64,000 nt of DNA from an uncultured delta proteobacterium (GCA_963850305.1 CAWKKR010000004.1:192001-256000), one strand, 5' to 3'. Positions 19,945 to 29,776 are shown, counted from the stretch's first letter. The notes: a model not told the origin generated them from the letters alone. Numbers and translations are program-made.

Positions 19945-21717
19945 TCAGCCGCCGAGCGCGGCCAGGGCGAGTCCGGGCACCTTCAACCAGCTCGGCTCTG
20001 CCTCGAACGCGACGAGGCGCCGGCCGAGGGTGTGCAGCGTCTTGTGCCCGGGGAAATACACGTGTTTCGGCTTCGGCTTCAGCGGCGCTCGCACGACGCA
20101 CTTCTCTATGTCCTCCAGCATGACCGTGTTGTGCACCCACCCGAGACCGCTCTGGATGTCGGAGAGAGTCGCACTCGGGTGTCCGCCCCACGGGGTCGAG
20201 CACAGCGCGTAAGCCAGCGCCGGCCACACGTTCACGGCGACGGTTCCATAACGAAGATCGCGAATGGCACCCTCGATGGCGGGGTTCGTTCCCGAGTCCG
20301 CCTGAAGCGTAGGGTGAACGAACAGCATCGCGCTCAGCGTGCCCCAGAGGCGATCGTTTGCGAAGGGCACCGCCGCCTCGATGAATGCGAGGGGGTCCAT
20401 GCTCCCGATCGCGACTTCACTCAGGATCGAGCAGAACGGTTCGTTGGTGAAGTTCTTCTCCTGCCGGTCCTCCGGATCCAGTCCGAGAACGAGTGTCCAC
20501 GGCAGCGTTTGGCTCGTCACTTGCCCGATCTTGCGGACGTCAGCGTGGCCGTCGGTCAGTGCCTCGAACCGCTGGAACGCTCCCGGGTAATAGGCCTTCC
20601 GGGGCGGCACGTGCGCCAATATTTCACTCAGCTTTCGAACGAAGAGCTCGCGCCTGTCCCAACCTTTCGGCACGACGAGCATCTTCGCTGCGTTGCAATT
20701 GAAAGAGCCGTTGTTGCAGACCATGCCCGCGACGTTGGCGGCCATGCTCCCGATCTCGTCGTCCGTGTACGGCCCGGGTAGGACGAGCACCGGGCTCACG
20801 TTGCCGAGCTCGCTGGTGATCGGCTTTTTGAGCAGGGGATCGTTTCTGCGCTTGCGATCCTCGCGCTCCGGACCCGGCGGCCCCCAGACGATGACGTCGT
20901 GAGTCTTGTCGGAACCGGTGATGTGCAGGTCATCCACGAGCTCGTGATGCGCTAGGTACGCGCCCACTTCCGCGCCGCCATACACGACCGCGAGATACCC
21001 CTTGTCGATGAGCGGCTTGAACGCCCGTTCGATGAACGGCCCGAGGTATTCGTTCACCGGGTTCATCTTGAGGATGCAGACGTTTCCGTCGACGAACATC
21101 TTGTAGAGGACGTCCATCGGCGGAATCGACGCGACGTTGCCTGCGCCGAGCACGAGCGACACCCCGCCTTCGGGATCCTTCTTCTTGTAGAAGGATGCCT
21201 GGTGCGACGAAATGTCGGTGCGCCGGATTCCCGTGGCGAGCCACGTCTCCGCTACGATCCCACCGTAGAGCGCGGCATCGTAGCCGTCGTAGGGCGTCAC
21301 CTTGACGGACACGGCACCGTGCGGCAAATCGGCGACGCGCTTGTCTTCGATGACTGGCACGCCGCGCTGCCGGATCTCTCCGAGCGACCGGATCAGGAAG
21401 CGAATGTTCCGCAGCGTGAGCCCTGGGCCCGCGATCCATTCCTCGCCGGCGACCGGTGCATCCGCGGGGATCCCTTTCGCCGTGCACGCTGCATGTACCC
21501 AGTCCGAAGCGGCGTCACGCGTCCGACGACCGATATCGTGCAACAGGTCGAGCTTCTGCCCGACGCTCAGCCGGGCGAACTCCCGGGCGTGTTCGCGGAG
21601 GCCGCGCAACTTACGGTCGAGGTCTTGCTCGGCGGTCGGCGGCGTCGGGTCGAATCCGGGTGCAACCAGAGGACCCGCCGATGGCCCGAGAGCTTCGAGA
21701 GACGCAGGAGCTACCAT
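19945..21717 (-). CDS. Aldehyde dehydrogenase family protein
   Basis: LGAGN, LKMNPVN, HITGS, ELGNVSP, catalytic FNC, EPFCSIL; start at MVAPASL. Confidence 0.88.
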   Translation of the reverse strand: MVAPASLEALGPSAGPLVAPGFDPTPPTAEQDLDRKLRGLREHAREFARLSVGQKLDLLHDIGRRTRDAASDWVHAACTAKGIPADAPVAGEEWIAGPGLTLRNIRFLIRSLGEIRQRGVPVIEDKRVADLPHGAVSVKVTPYDGYDAALYGGIVAETWLATGIRRTDISSHQASFYKKKDPEGGVSLVLGAGNVASIPPMDVLYKMFVDGNVCILKMNPVNEYLGPFIERAFKPLIDKGYLAVVYGGAEVGAYLAHHELVDDLHITGSDKTHDVIVWGPPGPEREDRKRRNDPLLKKPITSELGNVSPVLVLPGPYTDDEIGSMAANVAGMVCNNGSFNCNAAKMLVVPKGWDRRELFVRKLSEILAHVPPRKAYYPGAFQRFEALTDGHADVRKIGQVTSQTLPWTLVLGLDPEDRQEKNFTNEPFCSILSEVAIGSMDPLAFIEAAVPFANDRLWGTLSAMLFVHPTLQADSGTNPAIEGAIRDLRYGTVAVNVWPALAYALCSTPWGGHPSATLSDIQSGLGWVHNTVMLEDIEKCVVRAPLKPKPKHVYFPGHKTLHTLGRRLVAFEAEPSWLKVPGLALAALGG

Positions 21718-21764
21718 GGGAGCTTCATAGCGCGGGGGCGTACGGACGGCTACGCTCGGCCGCC

Positions 21765-22616
21765 GTGACAGCCCTCGCGCCCGTTTCCAGAGAAATTCCA
21801 CCCATTGCGTGGGTGGCTGGCTTCGCGATCATCGGCATCGCGGCAGCGGCGTACCCGCCCGCGTCCGTGCCGGCGGTCGTGCTGACTCTCATCGGGGCGC
21901 TCAGCTTTCCGTCGGATGCCCCACGGCGTGCACGCCTCCTCGCACGCGCCGCCACGGTGCTGGCCGCACTCGGCGCGCTCGTCGGGCTCTGCCGGTTCGC
22001 GATGTCGAAGGCGATGCTCGGCATCGTCGAGAGTGGAGAGAGTGCGGCCGCATTCAGCGCGCTCTGGCGCTTGCGCGATGTAGTCACCGCGGAAGACGAC
22101 GTCCGCCGCGCCGCGCCCTGGGATCCGGACGGCGATCACGTCGGATCTGCGTCGCTCATTCTCGGGCTCATCGGCAAGGAGCCCGTGCGCGGAAGCACCC
22201 GGCTCGAAACGCCACTCCTCAACTACGCGTTCCGCACGTCCGTCGAGACGTCCATCGGCCCCGCCGTGAAGGTCGAAGGCTATCTGTTCATCGTCTGTCT
22301 TCCGACGCCCGCCGGCGGCTGGACGGCCCGCCCGGACGACCCCGTCGATGACGAACTCGCCGAGCGCCGCTACATCGCATACGCGTGGCCCACGCGAGCC
22401 GCGACGGGGATGAACACCATCTTCTTCGCCGACGAGCACGAGCGCCTGCTCATCCTCGATTCGCCCCGCGGCGCGCCCGCACCGTACCTCGACACGGAAC
22501 ATCCGCCGGCCTGCGACGCCGCGCTCGGGGGCGATGGCGCGCCATGGAAGCCGTGGAAGAACAAACAGCCGAGGAAGACGCTACCCGGCGACCGCGACGC
22601 GACCGGCAAGGGATAG
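21765..22616 (+). CDS. Hypothetical membrane protein with DUF2950/pilin-like C-terminal part
   Basis: Three hydrophobic segments, then EGYLFIV...YIAYAWP...TGMNTIFF. Confidence 0.5.
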   Translation: MTALAPVSREIPPIAWVAGFAIIGIAAAAYPPASVPAVVLTLIGALSFPSDAPRRARLLARAATVLAALGALVGLCRFAMSKAMLGIVESGESAAAFSALWRLRDVVTAEDDVRRAAPWDPDGDHVGSASLILGLIGKEPVRGSTRLETPLLNYAFRTSVETSIGPAVKVEGYLFIVCLPTPAGGWTARPDDPVDDELAERRYIAYAWPTRAATGMNTIFFADEHERLLILDSPRGAPAPYLDTEHPPACDAALGGDGAPWKPWKNKQPRKTLPGDRDATGKG

Positions 22617-22678
22617 CCGCTCCGCGCGCGACCGCGAATCGCGCGGTGCGCCTCGCTTCCGGAGTTAGCATTCCCTTC

Positions 22679-22939
22679 GTGACACACGCAACGCGGCAGC
22701 CGTTCACGTACGAGGACCACCGGCTCTTGCCGGAAGACGGCAAGCGCTACGAGCTCACTGAGGGGGCTCTCTTCGTGTCGCCTTCACCGAATACCGGCCA
22801 TCAAACCGTTTCGCCGCGGCTCCAGTTCGAATTGATGAAACAGCTCGAACACGCGGTCTCGCGTTCGTCTTCAACGCTCACCTGTCCGGCGTTTCCGGAA
22901 CTGTCGATCCCACTCCAGCCGCTGTTCCGCCCGCTCTGA
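22679..22939 (+). pseudogene. Uma2 (DUF820) endonuclease-like gene with internal deletion
   Basis: N-terminus FTYEDHRLLPEDGKRYELTEGALFVSPSP..HQ fused to C-terminal LTCPAFPELSIPLQPLF; PD-(D/E)xK core missing; 86 aa. Confidence 0.75.
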
Positions 22940-22950
22940 CGCTACCCGCG

Positions 22951-24183
22951 TTACTGCGCCGCGACGTCCAGCTTGCCATAGATGCCGTGCGCCTCGCCGC
23001 CGGGACCGGCGGTGAAAAACACCGAGCTGCTGTAATCGGCGGTCGCGGTCTTCGGACCCACGACGAGAGCCCAGAGCCCGGCGATGGAGAGCGCCCCCTT
23101 GTCATCCGAGAGTGAACCGCGGGGCGCGCCCGTCGTCGCATCGTAGGCGTTGATCGCACCGTTTCCGAAGTTGCCGACGAGCAACGTGCCGGCGAGGGCG
23201 CCGAAGCTCGCCGGCGCGATCTGGAGTGCCCACGGCGAGTTGAGAACACCCTGAGAGACGAGGCGGCTCACGAACGCGCCGTCGGTATCGAAGACGCTGA
23301 CGTACCCGTTACCTGCACCGGCTTGATCGTCGCCGTCGCCGTTTTGTTTGGCATAGGCCACGTAAACCTTGCCGTTGAGCGAGGCGACGTTGAAGGGCGC
23401 AAAATCACCCGGGATGGCTGGGATCCCTGAATCCACGAACCCGGGACTCGCGACGGGCGCATAGGTGCCGTCGAACGCGTCCACCTTTCCGGTTTCGAAA
23501 TTCGTCGCAAGGAGCTCGGCTTTGGTTCCGTTCTCGATGAGCGCCAATCCCTTGTATTCCGATGTGGCCGACGCATCGACGCGCCGGACGAAGGCCGTGC
23601 CACTTTGCCAGCCGGAGATCGTTCCATCTTCGGTATCCACGATGAACTTGTCGCCCATGAAGTCCGCAGCCGTGCCGTTGTAAACCTGACCCGAGGGTGA
23701 AGCCATGAACCCGCCGTCCTGGTCCGCCGGCCCCGGCACCTTCACGTTGAGCACCGACGCGCCACCCGTCGGCGAATACACGGTGGCGAGGCCGGAATGG
23801 TTGTCCGACACCCAGAAAAATCCGGCAGTAGGATTCGCGATCAGGCCCCACGGATTCAACAAGTCGTGATCGACGGTGGGCGCGATATCCGCCTGGTCGG
23901 CAACGAGGTTCGTCTGCGTCACGACGAGCGTCACCGGCTTTGCGCCGCCGTCGGTGCCCCCGGCATTCGATCCCCCGGTATCCGTGGCGCCGCCCGAGGA
24001 CGAGCCCCCTGCACTCGATCCGCCGGTACCCGTCGCACCGCCTGACTCCGATGCGGTACCTCCGGGACCCGCATCGGTCCCGCCCTTCTTCGAGCTGCTA
24101 CTGCCGCACGCCGCCATCGCGACCGCGCAAAGCGTCGCTCCGAACACAGTCGCCCCACGTTCCATGTTGCTCATGAAAGTCAT
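22951..24183 (-). CDS. TIGR03118-family secreted beta-propeller-like lipoprotein
   Basis: Lipobox MAAC, Gly/Ser linker, TNLVAD, LLNPWGL, EDGTISGW, LNSPW, LLVGNFGNG, FFTAGP; SD AGGAGG. Confidence 0.85.
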   Translation of the reverse strand: MTFMSNMERGATVFGATLCAVAMAACGSSSSKKGGTDAGPGGTASESGGATGTGGSSAGGSSSGGATDTGGSNAGGTDGGAKPVTLVVTQTNLVADQADIAPTVDHDLLNPWGLIANPTAGFFWVSDNHSGLATVYSPTGGASVLNVKVPGPADQDGGFMASPSGQVYNGTAADFMGDKFIVDTEDGTISGWQSGTAFVRRVDASATSEYKGLALIENGTKAELLATNFETGKVDAFDGTYAPVASPGFVDSGIPAIPGDFAPFNVASLNGKVYVAYAKQNGDGDDQAGAGNGYVSVFDTDGAFVSRLVSQGVLNSPWALQIAPASFGALAGTLLVGNFGNGAINAYDATTGAPRGSLSDDKGALSIAGLWALVVGPKTATADYSSSVFFTAGPGGEAHGIYGKLDVAAQ

Positions 24184-24331
24184 AGCCCTCCTCCTTCCGG
24201 TGAAACCGCACCCAACCGCGCCGTCGCTCGGCCCTCGGCGGTCGTGACCCGATGTAAGTGCCTCGTGGCCCCTCGTGTAGTGAGCGCGCTCGAACTCGGT
24301 TACAAAAAATCCTCGGGTCGGGTGCGCAAGA

Positions 24332-24619
24332 TCACGTACTTCTTCCGGGCCCGTCTCCTGGCCTGGGTGAGCACGCGACGGAGTGGAGACGAGAGTTGGA
24401 CGCAGGAGTCCGCGTGGCGCGGGGGTCGGGCTCGTGCGGCGGTCTTCCCGAACGTTGGAGCACCCCGTAATAGCGAACCTGCCGCGCTTCAGGGTGCGAT
24501 GCGAAGATCTTCACGGCGCTCTCTTCGAGGGTGAGGCCGACCTCCGTGTCCGGCAATAGCCTGAGCTTTTCGCGAAACTTGACCGGAATGGTGACCTGGC
24601 CCTTGGATGTGACGTGTGT
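24332..24619 (-). pseudogene. AbrB/MazE/SpoVT antitoxin-like remnant
   Basis: Manual translation HVTSKGQVTIPVKFREKLRLLPDTEVGLTLEESAVKI; no ATG/GTG between the upstream TAG and the domain; no adjacent toxin. Confidence 0.65.
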
Positions 24620-24693
24620 TCGGATTCGAGGTCCTCGGGCCTAGCGTACGATTTCGCGCGAGCGATCACCCCCCATCGGCAACTACCCAGGGC

Positions 24694-25752
24694 ATGAACT
24701 CGAGACCACGCGATCTCCGTCACGATCTGGGGGGTCACACCGCAGCGTTGCTCCTCACCGGACTCGGTCTTCTGTCGGGCTGCGGGGACGCGAGCGTGCG
24801 CGCGACGTCTTCCGCGAGCGGCGGCGGCACGTCGAGCGGGGGCGTGTCCGGCGGCGCCGCGGCGAACGGAGGTGGTGCGGCGGGAACGGTCACGGGTAGC
24901 ACCGCAACGGGCGGCGCCGCGACCGGGGGCTATCCCAGCGAAGCAGGGGGGACGGCAGCAGGTGGGAACTTGGAGTCGGCCGGCGGCGACGGTGCGGGGG
25001 GAACCACTGCTGCGGGGGGAACCACTGCTGCGGGGGGAACCACTGCTGCGGGGGGAGCGAACGGCGCTGGTGGTGCGACCATCGTGTCGCAGACCTGCAC
25101 CAATCCCACTCACGTGCTGCCATTGAATCGCTCGAACGCTCAGGACGGCATCACGCTCAACGGCTTCTACGTGGACACGGACACGTGGAACGCGGCGAAC
25201 TACCCTGTGACCCAGACCATGTACGTCTGCGACTACGACAACTGGTACGTGGTCGCCAACATGAACGACGACACCGGCGACGGGGCCGTGAAGACATACC
25301 CGAACGTGCACAAGGATTTCGACAACGCTCCCGCCATCAGTTCATTCACCATCATCTCGAGCAGCTTCGCCCACACCGCGCCGCACGTCGGCATCTACGA
25401 GTACGCCTACGACATGTGGCTGAACGGCGTCGCCAGCAACGGCTCAACCGAGGTGATGATCTGGACCGACAACTACAACCAGGTTCCGTCGGGCTCGGTG
25501 CTCGAGACCGTGACCTTCGATGGTCAAAGCTACAAGGTTTACAAGAGCGGCAGCTACATCGCATTTGTGGAAACAACCAACGTGACCTCTGGGACGGTCA
25601 ACCTCTTATCCTTCTTCAACCACGTCATCGCGAAGGGCTGGATCCCCTCCACCTCCACGATCGGCGCCATCGACTACGGCGTCGAGTTGGTATCGACCGG
25701 CGGCGCCGACGCAACGTTCCAGGTCAACGACTTTTCGTTGACCGCCAATTGA
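24694..25752 (+). CDS. Glycoside hydrolase family 12 lipoprotein (endoglucanase-like)
   Basis: Lipobox LSGC, Gly/Thr/Ala linker, VKTYPN, AYDMWL, EVMIW (nucleophile), YGVEL (acid/base). Confidence 0.85.
   Translation: MNSRPRDLRHDLGGHTAALLLTGLGLLSGCGDASVRATSSASGGGTSSGGVSGGAAANGGGAAGTVTGSTATGGAATGGYPSEAGGTAAGGNLESAGGDGAGGTTAAGGTTAAGGTTAAGGANGAGGATIVSQTCTNPTHVLPLNRSNAQDGITLNGFYVDTDTWNAANYPVTQTMYVCDYDNWYVVANMNDDTGDGAVKTYPNVHKDFDNAPAISSFTIISSSFAHTAPHVGIYEYAYDMWLNGVASNGSTEVMIWTDNYNQVPSGSVLETVTFDGQSYKVYKSGSYIAFVETTNVTSGTVNLLSFFNHVIAKGWIPSTSTIGAIDYGVELVSTGGADATFQVNDFSLTAN
24998..25052 (+). repeat. Three 18-bp coding repeats (GGTTAA) in the GH12 linker
   Basis: GGGGGAACCACTGCTGCG x3. Confidence 0.85.
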
Positions 25753-25885
25753 TGACGCCGCGCAAACGGCCGCGAGATGACGACGGCGTCCGGAGCCGTC
25801 AGCGCCGAGCAAGGCTTCTCCTGCTCTTCCTGCCCCCGCTCTCGCCGCGGTTCGCGCCGTGATCGTGGCCGGCTATACTCGCCAC

Positions 25886-26245
25886 GTGCCCATCAAAAGT
25901 CGTCTTGCGGATCTACGCGCCCGCGTCGGGAAGAAGCTCGGAGAAGCGCAGACCGCGGCGCTCACGCGGAGCCCGGGCTACGTGCCGGCAAAGCCGGGCG
26001 AAGAGCCCCCAGTCGTGGCAAGACTGATGGTCGAAATTCGCTCCGACGGCTCGCAGACGATCGCTCGCGGCGCAATGGAAGACATCGCGAGCGGCGAGCG
26101 TGTCGCCGTCGAAGCGCGCGGCACCACACCGATGCAGCTCGCGGCTTCCCTCGCCCGCACGATCTTCGCGACTCCGCTGCTCGCAAAGACGGCCGTCCGC
26201 GCCGTGCTCGAGAGCAAACGGGCGCGCAGATCCCGCGAGGAGTGA
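25886..26245 (+). CDS. Hypothetical protein
   Basis: 119 aa from GTG; TATACT 6 nt upstream; 8 bp before dusB. Confidence 0.6.
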   Translation: MPIKSRLADLRARVGKKLGEAQTAALTRSPGYVPAKPGEEPPVVARLMVEIRSDGSQTIARGAMEDIASGERVAVEARGTTPMQLAASLARTIFATPLLAKTAVRAVLESKRARRSREE

Positions 26246-26253
26246 CCTCGGGA

Positions 26254-27426
26254 ATGGACCCCGTCTACAAGAGCGGCCTGAATCGCGACGTTCCCGCCGC
26301 ACGACCCGGTGAGTTCGCCGCGCTCGCGATTGGACCGCTCCGCGTCTGGCCGCCGGTCGTGCTCGCGCCGATGGCGGGCGTGACGAATTATCCTTTTCGC
26401 CTCATCTGCAGGCGCTTCGGCGCCGGACTCTACGTGAGCGAAATGATCACCGCGCGACCGCTCGTCGAGGGGCGCGACAAGACGTTGCGGCTCGCGGACT
26501 TCGGTCCAGAGGAGTCGCCGCGGAGCCTTCAGCTCTACGGGGTCGATCCGTATTATGTCGGTGAGGCCGTGAAACGGCTCGTCTCCGAGGGGCGGGTGGA
26601 TCACGTCGATATGAATTTCGGATGTCCGGTGCGCAAGGTGACGCGGAAGGGCGGCGGCGCTGCGATCCCGGTGAAGCCGCGGCTCCTCGGTAACATCGTC
26701 CGCGCGGCGGTCGCGAACGCCGGAGCAGTGCCCGTGACGATCAAGTTCCGGCTCGGCATCGACGACGACTTGCTCACGTTCGCCGCGGCGGGACGCGTCG
26801 GACAGGAGGAGGGCTGCGCCGCCGTGAGCCTGCACGCGCGGACCGCGGCGCAGCTCTACGACGGCGAGGCCCGCTGGGCGCACATCGGCGAACTGAAGAG
26901 CGTGCTTCGCATCCCCGTGCTCGGCAACGGCGACATCTGGGAAGCCGGCGACGCGCTCCGGATGATGCGCGAAACCGGCTGCGACGGGGTCGTCGTCGGA
27001 CGCGGGTGTCTGGGTCGTCCGTGGCTCTTCCGCGATCTGGCCGACGTCTTCGACGGTCGCGAACCCGAAGATCCGCCGGAACTCGGCGCCGTCACGGACG
27101 TCATGCTCGAACACGCGACGCTACTGTCCGAGTGGTGCGGCGAGAACCGGGCGCTGCGCGCGTTCCGTCGCCACGCGACCTGGTACACGAAAGGCTTTCG
27201 GCGGAGCGCGCAGCTTCGGGCGGACATCATGCAGGTAATGTCGCTCGCCGACCTGAGGCGAATCGTCGCGGATGTGGATCGCTCGGAGCGGTTCCCACCT
27301 TCTGCGATGCGAGTGCCGCGCGGCAAGAGCTCGGGCACCCAGGACGTCAGTTTGCCCCACGGCTATCTGGATGATCTCGAAGACGCGACGCCGCCTGTCG
27401 AGGAGAGTCACGTCGAAGGGGGGTGA
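26254..27426 (+). CDS. dusB: tRNA-dihydrouridine synthase
   Basis: LAPMAGVT, SEMI, DMNFGCPVRKV, LHART, GNGDI, GRGCLGRPWLF. Confidence 0.93.
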   Translation: MDPVYKSGLNRDVPAARPGEFAALAIGPLRVWPPVVLAPMAGVTNYPFRLICRRFGAGLYVSEMITARPLVEGRDKTLRLADFGPEESPRSLQLYGVDPYYVGEAVKRLVSEGRVDHVDMNFGCPVRKVTRKGGGAAIPVKPRLLGNIVRAAVANAGAVPVTIKFRLGIDDDLLTFAAAGRVGQEEGCAAVSLHARTAAQLYDGEARWAHIGELKSVLRIPVLGNGDIWEAGDALRMMRETGCDGVVVGRGCLGRPWLFRDLADVFDGREPEDPPELGAVTDVMLEHATLLSEWCGENRALRAFRRHATWYTKGFRRSAQLRADIMQVMSLADLRRIVADVDRSERFPPSAMRVPRGKSSGTQDVSLPHGYLDDLEDATPPVEESHVEGG

Positions 27427-27710
27427 CTGAACCCCGTTTCTTCGGCTCGCCGGCGCGGCTGCACTTCGCGGCACGCCGCCGGCGGTGGCCTCTTGCCGTC
27501 GCGAGTCTGAAGCCGCGCCTCGTCCCCGCGGTGCGACCCCAAAGACCGAGCACCTCGATCGGGGGGAGAAGATGGGTGTCTATGCTCGCCTTCGGGCGGC
27601 CGAGCTCGATGCCCTGAAGCGTCGCTGACGACCAGGAGCAACGCGTCGCTCGGCCCGGGGCGAAATCAACGGGAGTCTGGAAAGGCTTGGGCTCATGCGT
27701 GAGCGCGCTG

Positions 27711-28076
27711 TCACTCTCGCCCGGTCCCCCGGAGCCGCTCCAGGGCTCGCCGGTCCGCCTTCGTCGGCCGACCGGCACCGCGCTCCCGCCGCGGCATGGC
27801 TTCTCCTCGGGGCGGCGGCGGCGGCGAATGATCTTCGTAGAGGGCGCGGGCGAGCGGCGGCGAGAGTCGCTTGTCGGCGAGAGCCAGGATTCGAACGGCG
27901 ATCGCGCCTCGCGGCGCCGTGGCGCGCACCTCGTCCCCGGCGCAAAGCAGGTAGCTCGGCTTGACAGTCTCGCCGTTCACTTTGACGTGGCCGCCGGCGC
28001 ACGCGTCGCGGGCGGCAGTGCGAGACTTGAAGAGACGCGCAGCGCAGAGCCACTGATCGACGCGGACCGGAGCCAC
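27711..28076 (-). CDS. hslR: S4-domain ribosome-associated heat shock protein Hsp15
   Basis: VRVDQWLCAARLFKSR, GHVKVNG, GAGRPTKADRR. Confidence 0.9.
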   Translation of the reverse strand: MAPVRVDQWLCAARLFKSRTAARDACAGGHVKVNGETVKPSYLLCAGDEVRATAPRGAIAVRILALADKRLSPPLARALYEDHSPPPPPRGEAMPRRERGAGRPTKADRRALERLRGTGRE

Positions 28077-28218
28077 CTTCTCGCGAGAAGATACGGTGAG
28101 ATCGGCGATTCGCGGCAAAGTTTCACGCAGGCGGTCGACGCGTCACAGCTGGACGCTCCGAGCTCGGTTTCCGCTGGTCGATCCCGTCCCTGGAGGTCAG
28201 TATCCACAATAGACGCGC

Positions 28219-29031
28219 ATGTCCGCTTCCGCACGGCGCCGCCGCCCTTTTCTGGATGCCGATCGGCCGCTCTGTTTCGCGCACCGCGGGGGCGCCAAGC
28301 TGTGGCCGGAGAACACGCTGGTGGCTTTCCGAGGTGCCATCGGTCTAGGCCTGCGGTATCTGGAAACGGACGTGCACGCGACGCGCGACGGCGTGCTGGT
28401 CGTGCATCACGATGCGCGCGTGGACGCAACCACCAGCGGCAGCGGCTCGATTCGCGACATGAGCTACGCGGAACTCGCACGACTGGACGCCGGCTACCAC
28501 TACACCGGTGACGGCATGACCCATCCGTACCGCGGCAAGGGTGTCTCGATCCCGACGCTCGCCGACGTGTTCGCTCTCTCCGCCGAGGTGCGCGTGAACG
28601 TGGATATCAAGCCGCTCGAAGAGTCCGTCGCGCGAAAGCTCTGGGAGCTCGTGGACACGCTCGGACTCCACGATCGGATCTTGGTCGCGTCCGAGCACCA
28701 CCGTCAGGTGCAGTGCTTCCGGCGATATTCGAGCGAGCGGGTTGCGACGAGCGCGAGCCAGCGCGAGGCGCTTCGGTTCTGGGCGACGTCACGTCTCGGC
28801 GTCGATGGATTGCTCCCCATCGCATTCGACGCGCTCCAAGTCCCGACGACGTATAAAGGACTGCGCGTCGTCGACCGAGGATTCGTCCGGGCGGCGCATC
28901 GTCACGGGGCGCAGGTGCATGTCTGGACGGTGGATGAAACGAGGGAGATGCGCGAGCTGCTCGAGCTCGGGGTCGACGGATTGATGTCCGACCGTCCCGA
29001 TCGGCTCCTGTCGAAGGAAGCCCGCCCGTGA
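28219..29031 (+). CDS. Glycerophosphodiester phosphodiesterase
   Basis: AHRGG, PENT, ETDVH, HHD, VWTVD, GVDGLMSDRP. Confidence 0.93.
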   Translation: MSASARRRRPFLDADRPLCFAHRGGAKLWPENTLVAFRGAIGLGLRYLETDVHATRDGVLVVHHDARVDATTSGSGSIRDMSYAELARLDAGYHYTGDGMTHPYRGKGVSIPTLADVFALSAEVRVNVDIKPLEESVARKLWELVDTLGLHDRILVASEHHRQVQCFRRYSSERVATSASQREALRFWATSRLGVDGLLPIAFDALQVPTTYKGLRVVDRGFVRAAHRHGAQVHVWTVDETREMRELLELGVDGLMSDRPDRLLSKEARP

Positions 29032-29693
29032 ATTTCTTCGGACACGCGGTCATTGCGAGCAGGCGGAGCGCCTCCGCGGGTTTCGTCCTCGGGGCGATGC
29101 TTCCAGACTTCGCGACGATGCTGGGGGCGCGCGTGCCAGTCGTGACAAACGCGGACATGGAGCGGGGCGTCGCGTTTCATCATGCGACGGACAAGGCATT
29201 CCACGAGGCACCGACGTTCAGGGCACTCCAGAGCGAGGCGCGCGCCGCGCTGCGCGCGCGAGGCCTGCCGCGGCCGGGCGCGCTTGCCGTGGGACACATC
29301 GGCGTGGAGATGCTGCTCGACCGAGTCCTCGCAGAGGACACGCGCGGCGTCGCGGCATACCTTGCGGCATTGCAGTCAGGGCCCTCCTTCGGTGCCTACA
29401 TCGCATGGAAGGCGGGTGAACTCGGGCAGAGATTCGAGGAGCTCTGCTCCATTCTCGCCGCGCGAGGGGTCTCGGCCGGAGACGGTGACGCGCGCACGAC
29501 GGCATTTCGTGTGGCGAGCGCTCTCGCCTCTCGCCCACGCCTTCGCCTCGATGCTGGCGGAGAGCGGATCGTCGAATCGTGGGCAAACGAGGCGCAGCTC
29601 GACATCGCCGCCGCCGCGCCGGCCCTCCTGTCAGAGGTCGATGCCGGACTCCGCGACCGGATCTCCAGGCACGAAAGCGCGGCAATCGAGTAG
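29028..29693 (+). CDS. AcpH (ACP phosphodiesterase)-like protein
   Basis: MNFFGH, LGAMLPDF, GVAFHHATD, EMLLD match the AcpH/DUF479 pattern; GTGA overlap with GDPD. Confidence 0.55.
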   Translation: MNFFGHAVIASRRSASAGFVLGAMLPDFATMLGARVPVVTNADMERGVAFHHATDKAFHEAPTFRALQSEARAALRARGLPRPGALAVGHIGVEMLLDRVLAEDTRGVAAYLAALQSGPSFGAYIAWKAGELGQRFEELCSILAARGVSAGDGDARTTAFRVASALASRPRLRLDAGGERIVESWANEAQLDIAAAAPALLSEVDAGLRDRISRHESAAIE

Positions 29694-29725
29694 CATTCCT
29701 GGCACGAACACGCGGCGTGGGGCAC

Positions 29726-29742
29726 GATTGGTTGAACCAATC
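29726..29742. promoter_or_regulatory. FadR/GntR-type operator palindrome
   Basis: GATTGGTT-G-AACCAATC, a perfect 8-bp inverted repeat with TGGT-N3-ACCA core, 34 bp upstream of the GntR gene. Confidence 0.8.
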
Positions 29743-29776
29743 CCCGGTTACCCCGCGCTTCATCCCTGGAGCTGAC

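Noticed and set aside
24244..24490. NUDIX-like fragment (LGYKKSSGRVRKITYFFRARL, +) and IS91-like QVRYYGVL (-)
   Set aside because: Too short and without diagnostic catalytic motifs
27427..27710. Small ORFs between dusB and hslR
   Set aside because: No recognisable domain; Arg/Pro-rich composition typical of non-coding GC-rich frames
28200..28208. DnaA-box-like GTATCCACA
   Set aside because: Single mismatched copy, with no box cluster, AT-rich unwinding element or oriC gene context
29700..29737. Sigma54 promoter upstream of the GntR gene (TGGCACG and GGGCACG half-sites)
   Set aside because: Neither half-site has GC at the required GG-N10-GC spacing
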